64,000 bases of DNA from Patescibacteria group bacterium (GCA_028714495.1 JAQTMH010000003.1:72496-136495); one strand, 5' to 3'. Counted from the stretch's first letter, positions 10,602 through 20,368 are shown. The notes: a model not told the origin generated them from the sequence alone. Numbers and translations are program-made.

Positions 10602-10767
10602 TTAGGACTTACGCGTTTGAGCCAAGTTCGAGGAAAAATGCGAGGATTTTGCGAGGCGTAGTCAAACTACGACGAGCAAAAACGTAGCATTTTGACAAAG
10701 AAATTGGCCAAAGCCGCTGATGGAACCGGCTTCGCCGGGCCGAAAGCGGCAAGCGCGTAAGTCCTAA
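10602..10767. mobile_element. MITE-like palindromic element with 18-bp terminal inverted repeats
   Basis: TTAGGACTTACGCGTTTG (10602-10619) and CAAGCGCGTAAGTCCTAA (10750-10767), one mismatch; nested internal palindromes; no ORF. Confidence 0.7.
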
Positions 10768-10788
10768 AAATGATAAAATACAATCAAT

Positions 10789-11241
10789 ATGCCAACCTTA
10801 GCTACAAATAAACACGCCCGCTTTCATTACGATATCCTGGACGAATTTGAAGCCGGGATCGCCTTAACCGGCGCTGAAGTAAAAGCCGCCCGGCTCGGGC
10901 AGGTCAATCTCAAGGGAAGCTATGTTTCAATCCACGAAAATATTCCCCTGCTTTTTAATTGCCATATCAGCCCCTATGCCCCGGCCAAGGGCAACCAGCG
11001 CCATTACTTGCCGACTCGGCCGCGCCTTTTGCTTTTGCGTGAGGCTGAGATAAAAAATCTGATCGGTAAAAGCTCGGTTCAGGGCTTGACATTAATCCCC
11101 TTATCTCTTTATACTAAGGGTAGCTTGATCAAGGTCAGCCTGGGACTCGGCCGCGGAAAAAAGCAGCACGATAAAAGAGCAACCGTCAAAAAACGCGAAA
11201 CCGAGCGCAACATCAGACGGGCCTTGAAACGCTCAAGATAA
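10789..11241 (+). CDS. smpB: SsrA-binding protein
   Basis: NKHARFHY, FEAGIALTGAEVK, RGKKQHDKR; directly upstream of tmRNA. Confidence 0.97.
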   Translation: MPTLATNKHARFHYDILDEFEAGIALTGAEVKAARLGQVNLKGSYVSIHENIPLLFNCHISPYAPAKGNQRHYLPTRPRLLLLREAEIKNLIGKSSVQGLTLIPLSLYTKGSLIKVSLGLGRGKKQHDKRATVKKRETERNIRRALKRSR

Positions 11242-11246
11242 AACCT

Positions 11247-11636
11247 GGGGATGTCCAACATCGACGGGTAGCCCATTCAAAAACCGGCCAATCAGAGCTC
11301 CAGAACTCTGTCAAAATCTGGAAAAACGACAAATGCCAAGTCGACTTTCGCTAAACTGAAGAATGCTTTCGCATCATTCAGTTTTGCGCCCGCTGTTGCC
11401 TAATAATCAACAGCCATCCGTTCTCTTGACTCCTGATAGGGAGATAACGGGTGTCAAATTATCAGGACGGACGATTTATCCGTTTCAGTAAGTCGTTATC
11501 GGGCTATGAAGCTAGAATGAAGAGGGCTTTTGTCTGTCTTGACCCTTTTCATTCGAATCAATCGAGATAGACTATGTTGGTAGAAGGTTTTTGGAAAACT
11601 ATCCAGACAGGGGTGAAAGGCCCCTCATCTCCACCA
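11247..11636 (+). ncRNA. ssrA: tmRNA
   Basis: 5' GGGGATG pairs with 3' CATCTCC-ACCA including G3-U70. Tag ORF 11335-11403 reads (A)AKSTFAKLKNAFASFSFAPAVA followed by TAA TAA. Confidence 0.95.
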
Positions 11637-11687
11637 TGTACCACTCACAGAGTTTACCCCGATGTCTATCGGGGCTCGGGTACATGG
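11634..11687. repeat. Short palindromic REP-like module abutting the tmRNA 3' end
   Basis: CCATGTACC...CCCCGAT-GTCT-ATCGGGG...GGTACATGG; shares TGWACCACTCAC...GCTCGGGTWCA with the rnpB inserts. Confidence 0.55.
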
Positions 11688-11737
11688 CGGCTAGTGGAAT
11701 AAATTGCTCAAATCACTAACCATTAACTTCATAAGAA

Positions 11738-12241
11738 ATTACCACCTACAAAGTTAGAGTCAATCATTTCATCCGCGTACCACAGGTCAGATTGATTGAC
11801 GAAAACCAAGTTCAACTTGGAGTGGTTAACACCCACGAAGCCCTCCGGATTGCCCAAGAACGGGGACTTGATCTGGTTGAAGTTTCGCCGCTCGCAAATC
11901 CGCCAGTCTGCAAAATAATTGATTTTGGAGCCTATAAGTACCGCCAAGAAAAGGCCGAGCGTAAATCAAAAGCCAAACAAAAGAAAATCGAGCTAAAGGG
12001 CATCCGCCTGACTTTCAAAATCGGAACTCACGATTTTGAACACCGCGTCGGCCTCGCCATAAAATTTCTCGAATGTGGCGACAAAGTCAGGCTGGAAATG
12101 ATTCTGCGGGGCCGTGAAATGCAGCTTCAAACCCGGGCTCGCGAAAAAATCAAAGAATTTATTTCCCGCCTTGGCCCGGTGAAAGTAGAGCAGCCCTTAA
12201 GCCGCTTGGGCAACCGTTTAATTATGATAATCGGAAAATAA
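11738..12241 (+). CDS. infC: Translation initiation factor IF-3 (ATT start)
   Basis: The frame extends upstream of the track ORF through RVNHFIRVPQVRLID to ATT at 11738, with an in-frame TAA at 11732; LDLVEVSP, PPVCKI. Confidence 0.93.
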   Translation: MTTYKVRVNHFIRVPQVRLIDENQVQLGVVNTHEALRIAQERGLDLVEVSPLANPPVCKIIDFGAYKYRQEKAERKSKAKQKKIELKGIRLTFKIGTHDFEHRVGLAIKFLECGDKVRLEMILRGREMQLQTRAREKIKEFISRLGPVKVEQPLSRLGNRLIMIIGK

Positions 12242-12438
12242 TGCCAAAAATCAAGACTCATAAAGGCACTAAAAAGAGATTTAGAATAACCTCATCTAAG
12301 AAAATCATGGCGCGTCAATCGGGTCAGGACCATTTTAATTCCCGGGAGCGCGGTCGAACGACCCGCAATAAGCGCCGCGATGAGCAAGTCAATGATAGCA
12401 ATAGATCATCCCTAAGAAAATTAATTCCCTATACCTAG
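12241..12438 (+). CDS. rpmI: 50S ribosomal protein L35
   Basis: MPKIKTHKGTKKRF; infC-rpmI-rplT order. Confidence 0.95.
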   Translation: MPKIKTHKGTKKRFRITSSKKIMARQSGQDHFNSRERGRTTRNKRRDEQVNDSNRSSLRKLIPYT

Positions 12439-12441
12439 AGT

Positions 12442-12786
12442 ATGCGAATCAAACGTGGAACCACCCATCTCAAAAGACGCCGCAGCCTTTTAAATAAAAC
12501 CAAAGGGTATCTTTGGGGCAGGAAGAGTAAAATCAAGCAAGCCAGAATCGCGGTTACCAAGGCCGGCGCCCATGCCTTTCGAGATCGCCGTTCAAAAAAA
12601 CGGGCCTTTCGAAAGCTCTGGCAGCTTCGGATCAACTCCGCCGCCCGCCAACATGGCCTCCCCTACTCAAAATTCATGGACGGAATAAATAAATCAAAAA
12701 TTGGTTTAGATCGGAAAGTTCTGGCTGACCTGGCGATGAACCATCCAAAAATATTCGAAGCGATTGTCAAAGAGGTTCAAAAATAG
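12442..12786 (+). CDS. rplT: 50S ribosomal protein L20
   Basis: MRIKRG, FRKLWQLRINSA, LDRKVLADLA. Confidence 0.97.
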   Translation: MRIKRGTTHLKRRRSLLNKTKGYLWGRKSKIKQARIAVTKAGAHAFRDRRSKKRAFRKLWQLRINSAARQHGLPYSKFMDGINKSKIGLDRKVLADLAMNHPKIFEAIVKEVQK

Positions 12787-12793
12787 AAAATAT

Positions 12794-12824
12794 AAACAGC
12801 CGATACTATCCTCGGCTGTTTTTT
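12794..12824 (+). terminator. Intrinsic terminator after rplT
   Basis: AAACAGCCGA/TCGGCTGTTT stem plus T-run. Confidence 0.75.
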
Positions 12825-12856
12825 GTTACTCAATATATTGTCTACTCAAAACGATA

Positions 12857-14059
12857 TTACCGATTAAATATCGCGTCCAGTATTTTTACCCGGGTAATGA
12901 GAAAGGCCGGTATTAACCCCGAACCCAGCGCCACCCAGATTATCAGCTCCGCCCGGAATATCAAATCGACCGTGCTAACCGCCAGGGTAGCGTCCCCAAT
13001 CGGCAATTCAAACGGATGGGCGTTAAAATACGGGACCAGGGCGCCGAACAGAATGGCTAGGCCCAGCAAAACGCCAAAAACCGAATAGACGGCCGTTTGA
13101 ATCACATAGGTTGAACGAATTAGGTAGGATTTTATTCCAATCGCCCGCAATACGCCGATCTGCTGACGCTTCGAAGAAATATCGATGTAGATGACTATAA
13201 ATATCGTCACCGCGGCAATGAGAATTGCTACTGAAGTCATCAGGGCATTGATAAAGAGAAAGCTGTCTGTCACTGTGGCCATCAAACCAGCAACTTCTTT
13301 CCAGGTGTAAAACGAAAGATTTAATCCCCTAGCTCGCAATTGGTCAATTACTTCCTGTTCGTCGCCTTTCTCATCAAGCCGAACTACGATATTGGTCGCT
13401 ATGCCTTGATAGTTCGGGGTAATAGAATCTAAAGCCGCTTGGGTAATAAAAGCCCTTTGGTCAGTATCAATGAATTTAGTATAAAAAATTCCCTTGATAG
13501 TAAAGTTCTTGGTTAAGCCATCAAGCGTCAGTTTTACCTGGTCTCCGATTTTCGCGCCTTTGAATGAAAACGCGTCCATTTCAACACCCTCGCCGCCGGC
13601 AATTTGCCGGCCGATGATTATCTGGTCGGTATCAGTCACGTCGAGATAGCTCCCTGACGTCATTTTATTCGCGACATTGGTTACCCGCCGCTCTGCCTCG
13701 GGATCAATCGCCACCACCGGCCAACTGCCGCTTCGGTTATTAAAAGAGATGTTGGCTGGTAAAAATATCTGCGCGCTGGCTGCCTTAACCCGGTCAGTTG
13801 ATTCGATCTTGTTAATTGCCTCGGCCACATTTGGAATCACCTTTTCGCCCTCAGCCGGCGACATGGCCAGATGGCCGGTGTAGGTATCGATAATTTGATT
13901 ATTGGCGCTTTCGATAATGCCGGCAAAAAGCGAGGTGATAAACACCAGATTGATAAACGCGATCGCCATTAAAAAAACTATCAGGAGAAAAGTCCATTTG
14001 TTGCTCCGTTTCAAATACCGCCAGACCAGAAAAAATGGGATTTTGGTTTCTTGAGTCAT
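12857..14059 (-). CDS. ABC transporter permease (LolE/MacB/FtsX-like)
   Basis: N-terminal TM, large extracellular domain, QIGVLRAIG, three C-terminal TMs. Confidence 0.88.
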   Translation of the reverse strand: MTQETKIPFFLVWRYLKRSNKWTFLLIVFLMAIAFINLVFITSLFAGIIESANNQIIDTYTGHLAMSPAEGEKVIPNVAEAINKIESTDRVKAASAQIFLPANISFNNRSGSWPVVAIDPEAERRVTNVANKMTSGSYLDVTDTDQIIIGRQIAGGEGVEMDAFSFKGAKIGDQVKLTLDGLTKNFTIKGIFYTKFIDTDQRAFITQAALDSITPNYQGIATNIVVRLDEKGDEQEVIDQLRARGLNLSFYTWKEVAGLMATVTDSFLFINALMTSVAILIAAVTIFIVIYIDISSKRQQIGVLRAIGIKSYLIRSTYVIQTAVYSVFGVLLGLAILFGALVPYFNAHPFELPIGDATLAVSTVDLIFRAELIIWVALGSGLIPAFLITRVKILDAIFNR

Positions 14060-14733
14060 ACGATTTTACCGTCTGAAAGTTTAATCAGCCGATTGGCGCA
14101 AGCCGTCTCTTCCTGCTCGTGCGTGACCATGACAATCGTATGGCCGTCATCACGGTTAAGGGACTGGAAAATCGTTAGGACGTCTTTGGCCGCCAGCGTA
14201 TCGAGATTGGCCGTTGGCTCATCAGCGATAATTATCTTTGGGTCATTAATCAGGGCCCGGGCAATCGCCACCTTTTGCTGTTCACCGCCTGATAAGCGCT
14301 TGATCAGATGATTCAGGCGGTGCTCCAGTCCCACGCGTTTGAGCAGGCGCCTGGCTCTTTCCCGAACCACGGCCGGCTTGGCCAGCATCATGGCTGGCAG
14401 CATGACATTTTCCAAGGCTGTAAGTTCGGCAATTAAAGCGTAATTTTGAAAAATATAGCCGATTTTATTAAGCCGCAATTCCCGCCGATGTTTATCTGAC
14501 AGTTTCACAACCTCCTGCCCCTCCAGAAATATCTCCCCGCTGTCAGGCCAATCCAGCAAGCCCAGCTGATAAAGCAGGGTCGATTTGCCCGAACCATTGC
14601 GGCCAGTGACAACCATAAAATCTCCCGGCTGTATCGCCAGAGTCACATTCTGCAGGGCTTTTACCTGGACTTCACCCAAGCGGTAGGTCTTTGAAATATC
14701 TTTTACGGCGATCAGATCTTTACTAGTACCCAT
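14056..14733 (-). CDS. ABC transporter ATP-binding protein (LolD-like)
   Basis: GRNGSGKST, LSGGEQQ, ADEPTANLD, VTHE. Confidence 0.93.
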   Translation of the reverse strand: MGTSKDLIAVKDISKTYRLGEVQVKALQNVTLAIQPGDFMVVTGRNGSGKSTLLYQLGLLDWPDSGEIFLEGQEVVKLSDKHRRELRLNKIGYIFQNYALIAELTALENVMLPAMMLAKPAVVRERARRLLKRVGLEHRLNHLIKRLSGGEQQKVAIARALINDPKIIIADEPTANLDTLAAKDVLTIFQSLNRDDGHTIVMVTHEQEETACANRLIKLSDGKIV

Positions 14734-14854
14734 ATTACTATAAATAATTGGCTATTCGCTTTTATATATGAAATTTACCACGCTATCAATATTTTTTCAA
14801 ATTATCAAAGCACTCGTTTGACGTTAAGCCAATTCACCCCTATGATATTTATAT

Positions 14855-15648
14855 ATGAACGAAATGGCTACTTCGACAGGCATAATTATCATCGCCACCC
14901 TGGCCGTCAGTTTTGTGGGATTGATGGGCGGTGTTTTATTGATTATTAAAGAGCAATTCACCCGCCGCTGGTCAGCCTATTTTGTGAGTTTCGCCGCTGG
15001 CAGCATTCTCGGTGCCACGTTTCTAAATCTTTTGCCCGAAGCCTTTGACAAGGGAGCGGACAAGACCCGTGACATTATTATGGCTATTTTTATTGGTATC
15101 CTGGTTTTTTTCATACTCGAAAAATTGCTGGTCTGGCACCACACCCCCATGAGGACGAAACTCACGTCCACACCCGGATCTACAGCCATAATCTGGCGAC
15201 TGCCAGGCCATTGATTATTGTCGGCGACGCCCTGCATAATCTTCTGGACGGAGCGATAATAGCCATCGCCTTTATGACTGACACGACACTGGGCCTGATA
15301 ACCTCAGCCGCCGTGATTGCCCATGAAATTCCGCAGGAGATTGGCGACTTCAGTATATTAATCAGCAGCGGCATGGCTAAAGCTCGAGTCCTGATTTGGA
15401 ACATTGCTGGTGCCTTGATTGCGGTTTTGGGTGCGCTCATCGTTATCATCGCCCGGGAAACATTTGAAAATGTTGAAGTTCCAATTCTCGGATTCGTGAT
15501 CGGCAACTTTATCTACATTGCCTTAGCCGACCTTTTACCCACGATTCAGCACGAAAGGAAGCTGACCAATACTCTCAACCAGATCTTTTTGATATTCGCC
15601 GGCATAGGCGTGATCTGGCTTCTTGGCACAATTCTGCCTCACGAATAA
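14855..15648 (+). pseudogene. ZIP family metal (Zn) transporter split by a one-base frameshift near 15144-15148
   Basis: First half has FAAGSILGATFLNLLPEA; second half has GDALHNLLDG and HEIPQEIGDF. The His-rich loop HEDETHVH continues in the -1 frame after CACCACACCCCCAT. Confidence 0.8.
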
Positions 15649-15660
15649 ATAGGCTACCAC

Positions 15661-15687
15661 AAAACTCCGTGTTATCCACGGAGTTTT
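15661..15687. terminator. Bidirectional terminator
   Basis: AAAACTCCGTG-TTATC-CACGGAGTTTT between convergent genes. Confidence 0.75.
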
Positions 15688-15709
15688 GATATTTTCTATT
15701 CTCAAGTTT

Positions 15710-18700
15710 CTAATTTGCCGCGGTCGTGACCTGAACCCCGCCGCGGAATGTCTCGGCATAGGCCATAAACCAGTCTGAAGTCTCTAAGACGCCATTTGTC
15801 AGATTCAGCATTCTGACATTTGGGCCGCCGCCAGAAAGGGGCGAGATAACTATTTCAGACATTTGGTCCGCGTCAATATCAGCCAGTAAAACGTCTAATT
15901 TGGACCTAATAGCTTCACCATAGACCAGCGACCAATCAATTAGTCCGAGGTTCGAGGTTGTGGCGCTGTATTCATAAATCCGGAGGTTGGTTCCAGTCGC
16001 GCTATTTGGTGTTACAATTAAATCTTCGTAATTATCGCCATCAAGATAGCCGGCTGTCACATTGACTCCGCCGCGGAAAGTCTCGGCATAGGCCATAAAC
16101 CAGTCAACCAGACTAAATCCCGCGGTGGCCATGTCGTAGGCATACGTTCTGACGTTTGGGCCGCCGGAAACTGGGACAGTAACAATTTCATCAAGACCGT
16201 CGGCATTGATATCGGCCAGGGTTACCTTGACCCCATCACGGTACGTTTCCTGGTAAGCCATAAACCAATCAGCCAAACTGAATTCCTGAGTAGTCGAACT
16301 GTATTGATAGACGCGGACATTGGGACCGCCTTGGCCAACCGGAGATAACACAACCTCCAGCTTGGAATCGCCCATGACATTGCCAATTGCCAAGTTCACT
16401 CCGCCATTGAATTTCTCGCCATAAGCCATAAACCAATCAACCAGGGTCAAACCTTCAGCCGCGCTCTGGTATTTGTAGACCCGGACATTTGAACCGCCCT
16501 TTTCAGCCGGGACAGTAATAATCTCATCTCGTCCATCTCGATCAATATCAGCAGTTTCCACATTCAATTGTCCACGAAAACCTTCGTTGTAAGCCATTAT
16601 CCAGTCAAGCAAATGCAATTCCCTTGAACCGGTTAGGTAATTATAGACCCGGAGATTCGAACCACCGCCGCTTTTTGGCAAGACCACCAATTCATCACTG
16701 CCATCGGCATTTACATCAGCTGCCTCAACCGTGATTCCATTCTTAAACGCTTCCTGATAGGCAAAGACCTGAGAGATGAATTCACCACTTAGATTGAACA
16801 CCCGGATATGAGGGCTGAATTCCTTGTCTGGATAAGCGATAATTTCATCAGCGCCGTCGCCATTTAAATCAGCGGTTAAAACGTCAAATTTGCCGCGGAG
16901 ATTTTCATTGAAGGCGAAGAACGAAGCAGACACTTCCCCATTCGTGCCAAAGACACGAACTTGAGGACTGCCGTTTTCCGGTACAGTCACAATCTTTTCG
17001 CTGGCCTTGGTCGGTCGGAAAGCTACGGTTCGTGAAATGTCTGTTGAATCACTGTCTGTCTCAGCTGTAACTACCAAGGTATTATATCCCTTTTTCAAGC
17101 CAACAATCATAGCCGAGAAGCTTCCGGTCGAACCAACTGTTAAACTGGTATCAACACCATTCAATTGCGCTGTTACTTCAGCGGTGGCATCAGAAACGGT
17201 CCCGCTGACTGACACTGAATCAGTCGAGGCAACACTATTGTCCGTCGGGCTGGAAAGTGTTAGTTCGAGACCTTCCTCTTCCTGTTCAAGATCAGCGTTT
17301 TGCTTGTTTGTGACTAGGGCAAAATTGGTGAAATGATCTACCAAGAACGAGACAGTGTCATTATCTTTATCAACCGTGACATTATTCACCGTTTTCCAGG
17401 TTCCAGAGGTCTCGTCATAATACCTCGGCGCGATATCATCTTCAGTTATGCCCAGGGCGTCTAACTGCGCGTGAGTGTAGGGAATAGTAATTGTAACATT
17501 TGCCTGAAACGAGGTGATCAATTGATTTTGTGAATCTTTTGCTGTTAAGTCATATGCTAAGGCAATTGGTTTTGACGTAGCCGTAGAAGGCACGCCTTGG
17601 CCTTTTGGCGTGGCTGTCACTGTCACATCGCCGCTGGTATCTAGACTGTAGGCTGGCATATCGATTGTAGTTCCGTCCAATAATTGCATAGTTTTCGATT
17701 CAGTCGAATCAAACGTGGCTGTTTGAGCCGGTGGAATCGTAATGTCCGATTCGATCAAGGCCAAGTCTTGAGCAGCTGTGCCGCTATCAGGAACGGCAAC
17801 ATTAATTTCGTCACTTCGATAAAATTTAGTCACAGTTTCATAAGTGGCGCTGACATGCCAGGCCTGGTTTTTAATAATGTTCAGGCTGTAAGTACCATCA
17901 GAGCTTGCCGTGGTTTCCGAAAAAGCTCCATCCTCTGACCAGGCATTGATATAAGAATTGGCCATTGGTTGATCGTCCAGACTAACTGTGCCGGTAATCG
18001 TGCCATCGGCCTGCCTGAATTGCATTGTCACTTCAGCTGGACTTGAAGGACTTGTCGCCACCGCTTGTGCTTGGGGATAAATATACCCCTGATCTGTTGG
18101 CATTGAGGCTGAAACAAAATAATTTCCCTCTGGCACAGTAACCGAGAAATGACCATTGACATCAGAAATATTCCCCTGATTAAACATCGGACCAAAGAAT
18201 GAATCTGTCGTCGAGCTTCGACCGCCAAGTTCAGTATCAACTGAAACCCAGGCGTTGGACAGAGGCTGGCCGTTTGGATCCAGAATCGTACCACTAACAA
18301 CTGAATCAGCCTTCAGCATGGTTATATTGTGCGTTACCGTGCCATTGGCAATGGCTGTTATGGTGTTATCTTCTCCAAACGAGCTTATATATCCAGAAGC
18401 TGGATCTACCCAATAGCCGATATTCCAATCACCCGCGGCTACAGTTAAGGTGTATGTTCCATTTATAAATTGCGTCCATTGCTGACCGCCTGTACCATTA
18501 TTGGCAAATACTTCTCCCCAGACACTGTTTATCGGATTGCCGTCGCGGTCGAGCAACGAGCCGGAAATTGTGGCGTTGTTTGGCAGAAGCGTTATCACTG
18601 TTCCTTCATGGGTTTCACCCGTGCCAACGGTAACCGTGGCTTCGGCTGAAGGCGTGTAATTAGAGCTCGGGGGCATAAAGAGTCCGATTTGGTAGGTGCC

Positions 18701-20368
18701 GGCTGGCACTTTCAGACTGAAAGCTCCGTTCTCCACCATACCGCCAAGGTCACAGTATCCCATCATATCTCCTTCGGCGCTGACCGAGCGATTTACATCC
18801 CTGGCATAGGCATAGCTACTCAGAGTGTCGAGAGTACTGCCTTCATTGTCCTGGACAGTTCCACTGATAGTAGCGTCTGCAATGGTGAACGTAAAGTCCA
18901 TAGATTCCGTCTCATTGTCGCCAACTACTACCCTTTGGGGCGCCTGGGTTTTCACATAGGTTGTTTGGCCGCTATTCGAAGGGAAAGAGTCGACAAACCA
19001 GGTACCCGCCACTAAGCTTAGGGAATAATTGCCTAAACTGTCTGTTTGAGTATTTCCATAGCCAGAACCGAACATTTGCCAGGCATTTACAAATTCATTA
19101 GCCAATGGATTGCCAACGCTATCAGTAACCTGGCCGGTTATATGGGCGGTTTTTTCTAATAAATATATTGTGCCAATATTCTTCGTCTCCTGGTTGCCTA
19201 TTGGTATTGATGGCACTTCCGGCCCGCCATAATCGTTGCTATTTACCTGGATATTTATCATAAAGGTGCCGTTTGAGGGAACGCCAAGACTGAAATACCC
19301 TTGGGCATCAGCCTGAGTGCTGCCTCCGCCGCCAAAACCGCCCGCGCTCCAGGCATTGATGTTTACTGAATTCGGTGTTGGAATACTGCCGTCTGGATTA
19401 AGCACGCGTCCGGTAATCGTTGAATCGAATACCGTTACCACAAAATCAGCTGTCGCGGTTTCTGCCACGCTGTTGGCTTGGGTAAATGACACGCTGGTTG
19501 GCATGTCGAAATAGCCCCAGTCAGGCGCCCCGCCCTGTCCCCACGATGGCGATAGCATCACTTGAAAATTTCCCCGTCCGATTAACATACTATATCGGCC
19601 ATTTTGATCTGTTTGGTCTTGAGCAAAACCAGATGTCCCATCCATGGAAAAAGCGTTTACCATGGCATCGGTAACTAAGCTCCCGTCCGGTTTTGTGATT
19701 GTTCCCTGGATTGTTTTCATAGCCGCTTCTAGCTGGATCGGCGTAGTGAGATAGTCTGTGTTGGTTGAGCCAGCGGTCACAGTGACCGCCAGACCGATCG
19801 TAGATAGAATTCCATAATCGCTGAAAGACGGATTAATATCTAGATAGTATGTTCCAGATGCCAAATCGGATCCGATTCGAAAATTTCCTGACGTATCAGT
19901 ATTAGCATTTTCAAAATACGTATAAGTGGCATCGCGCAACTGGATACTAGCCGACTGGGCTGGTAAGCTATTCGGATTCAATACGGTTCCCTTGACCCCT
20001 GGCACCACCAAAGCAAGGTTAAGCGTTACCGGCGTACCCGAGTAAGTAAAGCTTGACGCCGGTGGACTTACCTCATCAGGATCGTTTACCCAAACCGTAG
20101 CGTAATATGTGCCGGACTGGGTCAGGGTCGTTTGAATCTGTCCATTCGAATCAGTATATCCATAGTAATAAAATGTGTAGTTGCTTGAATTAATTGCTAC
20201 GCCGGCGCCGGATACGGGTGTGACTTCGTCTGATTTTGTAATCGTTACGGTTAGATTTTCTCCTTCGGCTCTCGCGTATTGCAGGCCGTTTAGGGAATAA
20301 GGTCCTATTAAAACAAGGACTGTCAAAAAAACCATCAGTGTTTTCGCAATTTTTCGATTTGATTTCAT
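15710..20368 (-). CDS. Large secreted/surface protein: carboxypeptidase-regulatory-like beta-sandwich repeats plus C-terminal FG-GAP/VCBS-like repeats
   Basis: Signal peptide ending ARA; repeated ITGxV.D..G.P modules; about 7 repeats of DWFMAYxExFRGGV...DxDGD...GGPNVR. Confidence 0.85.
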   Translation of the reverse strand: MKSNRKIAKTLMVFLTVLVLIGPYSLNGLQYARAEGENLTVTITKSDEVTPVSGAGVAINSSNYTFYYYGYTDSNGQIQTTLTQSGTYYATVWVNDPDEVSPPASSFTYSGTPVTLNLALVVPGVKGTVLNPNSLPAQSASIQLRDATYTYFENANTDTSGNFRIGSDLASGTYYLDINPSFSDYGILSTIGLAVTVTAGSTNTDYLTTPIQLEAAMKTIQGTITKPDGSLVTDAMVNAFSMDGTSGFAQDQTDQNGRYSMLIGRGNFQVMLSPSWGQGGAPDWGYFDMPTSVSFTQANSVAETATADFVVTVFDSTITGRVLNPDGSIPTPNSVNINAWSAGGFGGGGSTQADAQGYFSLGVPSNGTFMINIQVNSNDYGGPEVPSIPIGNQETKNIGTIYLLEKTAHITGQVTDSVGNPLANEFVNAWQMFGSGYGNTQTDSLGNYSLSLVAGTWFVDSFPSNSGQTTYVKTQAPQRVVVGDNETESMDFTFTIADATISGTVQDNEGSTLDTLSSYAYARDVNRSVSAEGDMMGYCDLGGMVENGAFSLKVPAGTYQIGLFMPPSSNYTPSAEATVTVGTGETHEGTVITLLPNNATISGSLLDRDGNPINSVWGEVFANNGTGGQQWTQFINGTYTLTVAAGDWNIGYWVDPASGYISSFGEDNTITAIANGTVTHNITMLKADSVVSGTILDPNGQPLSNAWVSVDTELGGRSSTTDSFFGPMFNQGNISDVNGHFSVTVPEGNYFVSASMPTDQGYIYPQAQAVATSPSSPAEVTMQFRQADGTITGTVSLDDQPMANSYINAWSEDGAFSETTASSDGTYSLNIIKNQAWHVSATYETVTKFYRSDEINVAVPDSGTAAQDLALIESDITIPPAQTATFDSTESKTMQLLDGTTIDMPAYSLDTSGDVTVTATPKGQGVPSTATSKPIALAYDLTAKDSQNQLITSFQANVTITIPYTHAQLDALGITEDDIAPRYYDETSGTWKTVNNVTVDKDNDTVSFLVDHFTNFALVTNKQNADLEQEEEGLELTLSSPTDNSVASTDSVSVSGTVSDATAEVTAQLNGVDTSLTVGSTGSFSAMIVGLKKGYNTLVVTAETDSDSTDISRTVAFRPTKASEKIVTVPENGSPQVRVFGTNGEVSASFFAFNENLRGKFDVLTADLNGDGADEIIAYPDKEFSPHIRVFNLSGEFISQVFAYQEAFKNGITVEAADVNADGSDELVVLPKSGGGSNLRVYNYLTGSRELHLLDWIMAYNEGFRGQLNVETADIDRDGRDEIITVPAEKGGSNVRVYKYQSAAEGLTLVDWFMAYGEKFNGGVNLAIGNVMGDSKLEVVLSPVGQGGPNVRVYQYSSTTQEFSLADWFMAYQETYRDGVKVTLADINADGLDEIVTVPVSGGPNVRTYAYDMATAGFSLVDWFMAYAETFRGGVNVTAGYLDGDNYEDLIVTPNSATGTNLRIYEYSATTSNLGLIDWSLVYGEAIRSKLDVLLADIDADQMSEIVISPLSGGGPNVRMLNLTNGVLETSDWFMAYAETFRGGVQVTTAAN

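Noticed and set aside
11637-11737. Prophage or island integration at tmRNA, or at the tRNA-Gly/Thr/Gln genes
   Set aside because: No duplicated 3' ends and no integrase were seen; housekeeping genes follow.
15738-16105. Near-identical 38-nt repeat pair (15738-15775 and 16068-16105) as a DGR template/variable repeat
   Set aside because: Both copies are in-frame propeller repeats of one gene, with a single mismatch and no reverse transcriptase nearby.
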